From: Lingula anatina
Taxonomy: Eukaryota; Animalia; Brachiopoda
Assembly (NCBI GenBank): GCA_051362555.1
Contig: CM120646.1
Span: 10,106,001 to 10,170,000 of the forward strand
Direction: 5' to 3'
DNA: 64,000 nt
Part shown: positions 53,701 through 64,000 of the stretch, piece by piece
Position numbering within the stretch: the stretch's first letter is position 1
How the letters are laid out: every line of letters begins with the position of its first letter
Translations under genes and position numbers: made by a program
Notes under the pieces: generated by a model
Told to the model about the DNA's origin: nothing
Seen by the model: the letters and a program-made list of their open reading frames with translations, nothing else
The model's database searches: none

Positions 53701-56700
53701 TTTAACTTTTTTAATTCATGGAATTTGCCATTCTTTTCAATGTAATTTTCAGTTTTCTCAAATATATTGTCCAAAAAAATCTTTTTCATGGGTCACAGTC
53801 AACTGATGAGCTTATCACAGATTTTTGTTTTTGTTAAGCATCATTTGTCCAAATTTCACTAATATTATACCTGATTTGTCAAAATTATTTACTTTTAACT
53901 ATTTTAACCCATGGAATTTGCTAGTCTTTTCAATGTAATTTTCAGTTTTGTCAAATACATTGTCCAAAAGATCTTTTTCATGGGACACAGTCAACTGATG
54001 AGCTTATCACAGATTTTTATTGATGTTAAGCATCATTTGTCCAAGTTTTACAAATATTGGACCTGATTTTTCAAAATTATTAACTTTTAACTATTTTAAT
54101 CCATGGACATTGCTAGTCTTTTCAATGTAATTTTCATTTTTTTCAAATATATTGTCCCAAAAAATCCTTTTCATTAGACACAGTCAACTATTAAGCTTAA
54201 CTTTATCAAAATTATTAATGTTTAAGTATTTTAACCTGTTAAATTAGTCACTTTTTATAATTTAATTTTCACTTTTTTCAAATTATATGTTGTTCTTTTT
54301 CCAGGTGACTCTTTCCATACAGCGTGGTGGCTTCTTGGTTAACTAATAATTTCTGTCTGGACATGGCTAATTCCTATAGAAAAAGCAGGCAGTGAAAGAC
54401 AGTAGCAAGAGGAAAGCTATGTCTCATCCATGTGTACAATAGATGGTATTTGGCAAGATTTAGGACATTGTGAAATGGTGTGCTAAACCCTGATTCCAGA
54501 AACCCATTGCAAGGAGGAATCTGCATCTGGTATTGGTAGTAAGGAGCAGTCTTGAATGGGCATATATTGTTTTCTGGATGACAGTTATGGGTAATTTTCC
54601 ACCTCTCACACAAACAAACACAAATCATAACATTTGCTGTTTCATTTGAGACTAAATTATATGTTGTAAAATTGGAAATAATTTTTTCGGTATTTCTAAT
54701 TCTTCTTATACAAATTGCCAATAAACAACATTTCTATTACTCACAGTCTATTGGTAAACTTATCGCAGATTTTTATTGGTGTCAAGCATCATTTGTCCAA
54801 ATTTCACAAATATTGCACTTGATTGGTCAAAATTATTGACATTTAACTATTTTAATCCTTGGAGTTTGCTAGTCTTTTCAATGTACTTTTCATTTTTCTC
54901 AAATATATTGTCCAAAAAAATCTTTTTCATGGGACACAGTCAACTGATGAGCTTATCACAGATTTTTATTGATGTTAAGCATCATTTGTCCAAAGTTTAC
55001 AAATATTGGAATAGATTTGTCAAAATTATTAACGTTTAACTATTTAAATCCATGGAATTTGCTAATCTTTTCAATGTAATTTTCAGTTTTCTCTAATATA
55101 TTGTCCAAAAAAATCTTTTTCATGGGTCACAGTCAACTGATGAGCTTATCACAGATTTTTATTGATGTTAAGCATCATTTGTCCAAATTTTACAAATATT
55201 GGACCTGATTTGTCAAAATTATTAACGTTTAACTTTTTTAATTAATGGAATTTGCCATTCTTTTCAATGTAATTTTCAGTTTTCTCAAATATATTGTCCA
55301 AAAAAATCTTTTTCATGGGTCACAGTCAACTGATGAGCTTATCACAGATTTTTGTTTTTGTTAAGAATTATTTGTCCAAAGTTTACAAATATTGGAATAG
55401 ATTTGTCAAAATTATTAACGTTTAACTATTTTAATCCTTGGAGTTTGCTAGTCTTTTCAATGTACTTTTAATTTTTCTCAAATATATTGTCAAAAAAAAT
55501 CTTTTTCATGGGACACAGTCAACTGATGAGCTTATCACAGATTTTTATTAATGTTAAGCATTATTTGTCCAAAGTTTACAAATATTGGAATAGATTTGTC
55601 AAAATTATTAACGTTTAACTATTTTAATCCATGGAATTTGCTAGTCTTTTCAATGTAATTTTCAGTTTTCTCTAATATATTGTCCAAAAAAATCTTTTTC
55701 ATGGGTCACAGTCAACTGATGAGCTTATCACAGATTTTTATTGATGTTAAGCATCATTTGTCCAAATTTTACAAATATTGGACCTGATTTGTCAAAATTA
55801 TTAACGTTTAACTTTTTTAATTCATGGAATTTGCCATTCTTTTCAATGTAATTTTCAGTTTTCTCAAATATATTGTCCAAAAAAATCTTTTTCATGGGTC
55901 ACAGTCAACTGATGAGCTTATCACAGATTTTTATTGATGTTAAGCATCATTTGTCCAAATTTTACAAATATTGGACCTGATTTGTCAAAATTATTAACGT
56001 TTAACTTTTTTAATTCATGGAATTTGCCATTCTTTTCAATGTAATTTTCAGTTTTCTCAAATATATTGTCCAAAAAAATCTTTTTCATGGGTCACAGTCA
56101 ACTGATGAGCTTATCACAGATTTTTGTTTTTGTTAAGCATCATTTGTCCAAATTTCACTAATATTATACCTGATTTGTCAAAATTATTAACTTTTAATTA
56201 TTTTAACCCATGGAATTTGCTAGTCTTTTCAATGTAATTTTCAGTTTTGTCAAATACATTGTCCAAAAGATCTTTTTCATGGGACACAGTCAACTGATGA
56301 GCTTATCACAGATTTTTATTGATGTTAAGCATCATTTGTCCAAGTTTTACAAATATTGGACCTGATTTTTCAAAATTATTAACTTTTAACTATTTTAATC
56401 CATGGACATTGCTAGTCTTTTCAATGTAATTTTCATTTTTTTCAAATATATTGTCCCAAAAAATCCTTTTCATTAGACACAGTCAACTATTAAGCTTAAC
56501 TTTATCAAAATTATTAATGTTTAAGTATTTTAACCTGTTAAATTAGTCACTTTTTATAATTTAATTTTCACTTTTTTCAAATTATATATTGTTGTTTTTG
56601 TAGGTGACTCTTTCCATACAGCGTGGTGGCTTCTTGGTTAACTATTACTTTCTGTCTGGTCATGGCTAATTCCTATAGAAAAAGCAGGCAGTGAAAGACA

Positions 56701-59700
56701 GTAGCAAGAGGAAAGCTATGTCTCATCCATGTGTACAATAGATGGTATTTGGCAAGATTTAGGACATTGTGAAATGGTGTGCTAAACCCTGATTCCAGAA
56801 ACCCATTGCAAGGAGGAATCTGCATCTGGTATTGGTAGTAAGGAGCAGTCTTGAATGGGCATATATTGTTTTCTGGATGACAGTTATGGGTAATTTTCCA
56901 CCTCTCACACAAACAAACACAAATCATAACATTTGCTGTTTCATTTGAGACTAAATTATATGTTGTAAAATTGTAAATAATTTTTTCGGTATTTCTAATT
57001 CTTCTTATACAAATTGCCAATAAACAACATTTCTATTACTCACAGTCAATTGGTAAACTTATTGCAGATTTTTATTGGTGTCAAGCATCATTTGTCCAAA
57101 TTTCACAAATATTGCACTTGATTGGTCAAAATTATTGACATTTAACTATTTTAATCCTTGGAGTTTGCTAGTCTTTTCAATGTACTTTTCATTTTTCTCA
57201 AATATATTGTCCAAAAAAATCTTTTTCATGGGACACAGTCAACTGATGAGCTTATCACAGATTTTTATTGATGTTAAGCATCATTTGTCCAAAGTTTACA
57301 AATATTGGAATAGATTTGTCAAAATTATTAACGTTTAACTATTTAAATCCATGGAATTTGCTAGTCTTTTCAATGTAATTTTCAGTTTTCTCTAATATAT
57401 TGTCCAAAAAAATCTTTTTCATGGGTCACAGTCAACTGATGAGCTTATCACAGATTTTTATTGATGTTAAGCATCATTTGTCCAAATTTTACAAATATTG
57501 GACCTGATTTGTCAAAATTATTAACGTTTAACTTTTTTAATTAATGGAATTTGCCATTCTTTTCAATGTAATTTTCAGTTTTCTCAAATATATTGTCCAA
57601 AAAAATCTTTTTCATGGGTCACAGTCAACTGATGAGCTTATCACAGATTTTTGTTTTTGTTAAGAATTATTTGTCCAAAGTTTACAAATATTGGAATAGA
57701 TTTGTCAAAATTATTAACGTTTAACTATTTTAATCCTTGGAGTTTGCTAGTCTTTTCAATGTACTTTTAATTTTTCTCAAATATATTGTCAAAAAAAATC
57801 TTTTTCATGGGACACAGTCAACTGATGAGCTTATCACAGATTTTTATTAATGTTAAGCATTATTTGTCCAAAGTTTACAAATATTGGAATAGATTTGTCA
57901 AAATTATTAACGTTTAACTATTTTAATCCATGGAATTTGCTAGTCTTTTCAATGTAATTTTCAGTTTTCTCTAATATATTGTCCAAAAAAATCTTTTTCA
58001 TGGGTCACAGTCAACTGATGAGCTTATCACAGATTTTTATTGATGTTAAGCATCATTTGTCCAAATTTTACAAATATTGGACCTGATTTGTCAAAATTAT
58101 TAACGTTTAACTTTTTTAATTCATGGAATTTGCCATTCTTTTCAATGTAATTTTCAGTTTTCTCAAATATATTGTCCAAAAAAATCTTTTTCATGGGTCA
58201 CAGTCAACTGATGAGCTTATCACAGATTTTTATTGATGTTAAGCATCATTTGTCCAAATTTTACAAATATTGGACCTGATTTGTCAAAATTATTAACGTT
58301 TAACTTTTTTAATTCATGGAATTTGCCATTCTTTTCAATGTAATTTTCAGTTTTCTCAAATATATTGTCCAAAAAAATCTTTTTCATGGGTCACAGTCAA
58401 CTGATGAGCTTATCACAGATTTTTGTTTTTGTTAAGCATCATTTGTCCAAATTTCACTAATATTATACCTGATTTGTCAAAATTATTTACTTTTAACTAT
58501 TTTAACCCATGGAATTTGCTAGTCTTTTCAATGTAATTTTCAGTTTTGTCAAATACATTGTCCAAAAGATCTTTTTCATGGGACACAGTCAACTGATGAG
58601 CTTATCACAGATTTTTATTGATGTTAAGCATCATTTGTCCAAGTTTTACAAATATTGGACCTGATTTTTCAAAATTATTAACTTTTAACTATTTTAATCC
58701 ATGGACATTGCTAGTCTTTTCAATGTAATTTTCATTTTTTTCAAATATATTGTCCCAAAAAATCCTTTTCATTAGACACAGTCAACTATTAAGCTTAACT
58801 TTATCAAAATTATTAATGTTTAAGTATTTTAACCTGTTAAATTAGTCACTTTTTATAATTTAATTTTCACTTTTTTCAAATTATATATTGTTGTTTTTGT
58901 AGGTGACTCTTTCCATACAGCGTGGTGGCTTCTTGGTTAACTATTACTTTCTGTCTGGTCATGGCTAATTCCTATAGAAAAAGCAGGCAGTGAAAGACAG
59001 TAGCAAGAGGAAAGCTATGTCTCATCCATGTGTACAATAGATGGTATTTGGCAAGATTTAGGACATTGTGAAATGGTGTGCTAAACCCTGATTCCAGAAA
59101 CCCATTGCAAGGAGGAATCTGCATCTGGTATTGGTAGTAAGGAGCAGTCTTGAATGGGCATATATTGTTTTCTGGATGACAGTTATGGGTAATTTTCCAC
59201 CTCTCACACAAACAAACACAAATCATAACATTTGCTGTTTCATTTGAGACTAAATTATATGTTTTAAAATTGTAAATAATTTTTTCGGTATTTCTAATTC
59301 TTCTTATACAAATTGCCAATAAACAACATTTCTATTACTCACAGTCAATTGGTAAACTTATTGCAGATTTTTATTGGTGTCAAGCATCATTTGTCCAAAT
59401 TTCACAAATATTGCACTTGATTGGTCAAAATTATTGACATTTAACTATTTTAATCCTTGGAGTTTGCTAGTCTTTTCAATGTACTTTTCATTTTTCTCAA
59501 ATATATTGTCCAAAAAAATCTTTTTCATGGGACACAGTCAACTGATGAGCTTATCACAGATTTTTATTGATGTTAAGCATCATTTGTCCAAAGTTTACAA
59601 ATATTGGAATAGATTTGTCAAAATTATTAACGTTTAACTATTTAAATCCATGGAATTTGCTAGTCTTTTCAATGTAATTTTCAGTTTTCTCTAATATATT

Positions 59701-62700
59701 GTCCAAAAAAATCTTTTTCATGGGTCACAGTCAACTGATGAGCTTATCACAGATTTTTATTGATGTTAAGCATCATTTGTCCAAATTTTACAAATATTGG
59801 ACCTGATTTGTCAATATTATTAACGTTTAACTTTTTTAATTAATGGAATTTGCCATTCTTTTCAATGTAATTTTCAGTTTTCTCAAATATATTGTCCAAA
59901 AAAATCTTTTTCATGGGTCACAGTCAACTGATGAGCTTATCACAGATTTTTGTTTTTGTTAAGAATTATTTGTCCAAAGTTTACAAATATTGGAATATAT
60001 TTGTCAAAATTATTAACGTTTAACTATTTTAATCCTTGGAGTTTGCTAGTCTTTTCAATGTACTTTTAATTTTTCTCAAATATATTGTCAAAAAAAATCT
60101 TTTTCATGGGACACAGTCAACTGATGAGCTTATCACAGATTTTTATTAATGTTAAGCATTATTTGTCCAAAGTTTACAAATATTGGAATAGATTTGTCAA
60201 AATTATTAACGTTTAACTATTTTAATCCATGGAATTTGCTAGTCTTTTCAATGTAATTTTCAGTTTTCTCTAATATATTGTCCAAAAAAATCTTTTTCAT
60301 GGGTCACAGTCAACTGATGAGCTTATCACAGATTTTTATTGATGTTAAGCATCATTTGTCCAAATTTTACAAATATTGGACCTGATTTGTCAAAATTATT
60401 AACGTTTAACTTTTTTAATTCATGGAATTTGCCATTCTTTTCAATGTAATTTTCAGTTTTCTCAAATATATTGTCCAAAAAAATCTTTTTCATGGGTCAC
60501 AGTCAACTGATGAGCTTATCACAGATTTTTATTGATGTTAAGCATCATTTGTCCAAATTTTACAAATATTGGACCTGATTTGTCAAAATTATTAACGTTT
60601 AACTTTTTTAATTCATGGAATTTGCCATTCTTTTCAATGTAATTTTCAGTTTTCTCAAATATATTGTCCAAAAAAATCTTTTTCATGGGTCACAGTCAAC
60701 TGATGAGCTTATCACAGATTTTTGTTTTTGTTAAGCATCATTTGTCCAAATTTCACTAATATTATACCTGATTTGTCAAAATTATTTACTTTTAACTATT
60801 TTAACCCATGGAATTTGCTAGTCTTTTCAATGTAATTTTCAGTTTTGTCAAATACATTGTCCAAAAGATCTTTTTCATGGGACACAGTCAACTGATGAGC
60901 TTATCACAGATTTTTATTGATGTTAAGCATCATTTGTCCAAGTTTTACAAATATTGGACCTGATTTTTCAAAATTATTAACTTTTAACTATTTTAATCCA
61001 TGGACATTGCTAGTCTTTTCAATGTAATTTTCATTTTTTTCAAATATATTGTCCCAAAAAATCCTTTTCATTAGACACAGTCAACTATTAAGCTTAACTT
61101 TATCAAAATTATTAATGTTTAAGTATTTTAACCTGTTAAATTAGTCACTTTTTATAATTTAATTTTCACTTTTTTCAAATTATATATTGTTGTTTTTGTA
61201 GGTGACTCTTTCCATACAGCGTGGTGGCTTCTTGGTTAACTATTACTTTCTGTCTGGTCATGGCTAATTCCTATAGAAAAAGCAGGCAGTGAAAGACAGT
61301 AGCAAGAGGAAAGCTATGTCTCATCCATGTGTACAATAGATGGTATTTGGCAAGATTTAGGACATTGTGAAATGGTGTGCTAAACCCTGATTCCAGAAAC
61401 CCATTGCAAGGAGGAATCTGCATCTGGTATTGGTAGTAAGGAGCAGTCTTGAATGGGCATATATTGTTTTCTGGATGACAGTTATGGGTAATTTTCCACC
61501 TCTCACACAAACAAACACAAATCATAACATTTGCTGTTTCATTTGAGACTAAATTATATGTTTTAAAATTGTAAATAATTTTTTCGGTATTTCTAATTCT
61601 TCTTATACAAATTGCCAATAAACAACATTTCTATTACTCACAGTCAATTGGTAAACTTATTGCAGATTTTTATTGGTGTCAAGCATCATTTGTCCAAATT
61701 TCACAAATATTGCACTTGATTGGTCAAAATTATTGACATTTAACTATTTTAATCCTTGGAGTTTGCTAGTCTTTTCAATGTACTTTTCATTTTTCTCAAA
61801 TATATTGTCCAAAAAAATCTTTTTCATGGGACACAGTCAACTGATGAGCTTATCACAGATTTTTATTGATGTTAAGCATCATTTGTCCAAAGTTTACAAA
61901 TATTGGAATAGATTTGTCAAAATTATTAACGTTTAACTATTTAAATCCATGGAATTTGCTAGTCTTTTCAATGTAATTTTCAGTTTTCTCTAATATATTG
62001 TCCAAAAAAATCTTTTTCATGGGTCACAGTCAACTGATGAGCTTATCACAGATTTTTATTGATGTTAAGCATCATTTGTCCAAATTTTACAAATATTGGA
62101 CCTGATTTGTCAATATTATTAACGTTTAACTTTTTTAATTAATGGAATTTGCCATTCTTTTCAATGTAATTTTCAGTTTTCTCAAATATATTGTCCAAAA
62201 AAATCTTTTTCATGGGTCACAGTCAACTGATGAGCTTATCACAGATTTTTGTTTTTGTTAAGAATTATTTGTCCAAAGTTTACAAATATTGGAATATATT
62301 TGTCAAAATTATTAACGTTTAACTATTTTAATCCTTGGAGTTTGCTAGTCTTTTCAATGTACTTTTAATTTTTCTCAAATATATTGTCAAAAAAAATCTT
62401 TTTCATGGGACACAGTCAACTGATGAGCTTATCACAGATTTTTATTAATGTTAAGCATTATTTGTCCAAAGTTTACAAATATTGGAATAGATTTGTCAAA
62501 ATTATTAACGTTTAACTATTTTAATCCATGGAATTTGCTAGTCTTTTCAATGTAATTTTCAGTTTTCTCTAATATATTGTCCAAAAAAATCTTTTTCATG
62601 GGTCACAGTCAACTGATGAGCTTATCACAGATTTTTATTGATGTTAAGCATCATTTGTCCAAATTTTACAAATATTGGACCTGATTTGTCAAAATTATTA

Positions 62701-63952
62701 ACGTTTAACTTTTTTAATTCATGGAATTTGCCATTCTTTTCAATGTAATTTTCAGTTTTCTCAAATATATTGTCCAAAAAAATCTTTTTCATGGGTCACA
62801 GTCAACTGATGAGCTTATCACAGATTTTTATTGATGTTAAGCATCATTTGTCCAAATTTTACAAATATTGGACCTGATTTGTCAAAATTATTAACGTTTA
62901 ACTTTTTTAATTCATGGAATTTGCCATTCTTTTCAATGTAATTTTCAGTTTTCTCAAATATATTGTCCAAAAAAATCTTTTTCATGGGTCACAGTCAACT
63001 GATGAGCTTATCACAGATTTTTGTTTTTGTTAAGCATCATTTGTCCAAATTTCACTAATATTATACCTGATTTGTCAAAATTATTTACTTTTAACTATTT
63101 TAACCCATGGAATTTGCTAGTCTTTTCAATGTAATTTTCAGTTTTGTCAAATACATTGTCCAAAAGATCTTTTTCATGGGACACAGTCAACTGATGAGCT
63201 TATCACAGATTTTTATTGATGTTAAGCATCATTTGTCCAAGTTTTACAAATATTGGACCTGATTTTTCAAAATTATTAACTTTTAACTATTTTAATCCAT
63301 GGACATTGCTAGTCTTTTCAATGTAATTTTCATTTTTTTCAAATATATTGTCCCAAAAAATCCTTTTCATTAGACACAGTCAACTATTAAGCTTAACTTT
63401 ATCAAAATTATTAATGTTTAAGTATTTTAACCTGTTAAATTAGTCACTTTTTATAATTTAATTTTCACTTTTTTCAAATTATATATTGTTGTTTTTGTAG
63501 GTGACTCTTTCCATACAGCGTGGTGGCTTCTTGGTTAACTAATACTTTCTGTCTGGTCATGGCTAATTCCTATAGAAAAAGCAGGCAGTGAAAGACAGTA
63601 GCAAGAGGAAAGCTATGTCTCATCCATGTGTACAATAGATGGTATTTGGCAAGATTTAGGACATTGTGAAATGGTGTGCTAAACCCTGATTCCAGAAACC
63701 CATTGCAAGGAGGAATCTGCATCTGGTATTGGTAGTAAGGAGCAGTCTTGATTGGGCATATATTGTTTTCCGGATGACAGTTATGGGTAATATTCCACCT
63801 CTCACACAAACAAACACAAATCATAACATTTGCTGTTTCATTTGAGACTAAATTATATGTTGTAAAATTGGAAATAATTTTTTCGGTATTTCTAATTCTT
63901 CTTATACAAATTGCCAATAAACAACATTTCTATTACTCACAGTCTATTGGTA
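49596..63952. repeat. Homogeneous 2,299-bp higher-order repeat x6 (cassette + 9 monomers, right-domain subfamily) plus final cassette
   Basis: Anchors 49776, 52075, 54374, 56673, 58972, 61271, 63570 are all 2,299 apart. Diagnostic monomers are tattgcacttgattggtc, aagtttacaaatattggaatag and gatttttgtttttgttaag. Confidence 0.97.
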
Positions 63953-64000
63953 AACTTATCGCAGATTTTTATTGGTGTCAAGCATCATTTGTCCAAATTT

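Larger units (their letters stand above)
1..64000. repeat. Composite satellite array: ~193-bp monomers (~228 copies) interspersed with 35 copies of a ~564-bp cassette; continues past both window edges
   Basis: The motif agctta recurs at 1, 194, 387, 580, 774, 967, 1160, 1353. The repeated 115-codon ORF marks 35 cassette copies whose spacings fit 564+193n. All copies are in the same orientation. Confidence 0.99.

Noticed and set aside
1-64000. CRISPR array, rDNA/5S/histone/snRNA/SL tandem gene cluster, or transposon
   Set aside because: There are no unique spacers, no recognisable rRNA, tRNA, snRNA or histone sequence, no canonical Sm site with leader, and no TIR, LTR or transposase/RT coding sequence.

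Overview
The whole 64-kb window is one AT-rich, head-to-tail eukaryotic-type satellite array in a single orientation. I see no credible protein-coding, rRNA, tRNA, CRISPR or transposase sequence. It has two building blocks. (i) A ~193-bp monomer, about 228 copies by my count from the spacings. (ii) A ~564-bp cassette, 35 copies, made of a deleted, diverged monomer, a ~250-290 bp GC-richer non-satellite core and a tail ending in monomer-like sequence. Cassettes always sit in monomer register, so spacings follow 564+193n (n=1-12), apart from two units carrying a 132-bp truncated monomer. Layered on this are higher-order repeats and duplications: a 9,951-bp tandem duplication, 2,238-bp x2, 757/951/1,335-bp local duplications, an ~11.6/8.0-kb block duplication and a homogeneous 2,299-bp unit x6. 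All ORFs in the track are repeat-derived and probably spurious. The most interesting signals are: exon-like signals in the cassette core (polypyrimidine-YAG acceptor retained in two haplotypes, candidate donors, AATAAA); three-state CG/CA/TG sites indicating CpG methylation; a fold-back templated repair junction; and positionally ordered monomer variants. Functional interpretations are hypotheses only.
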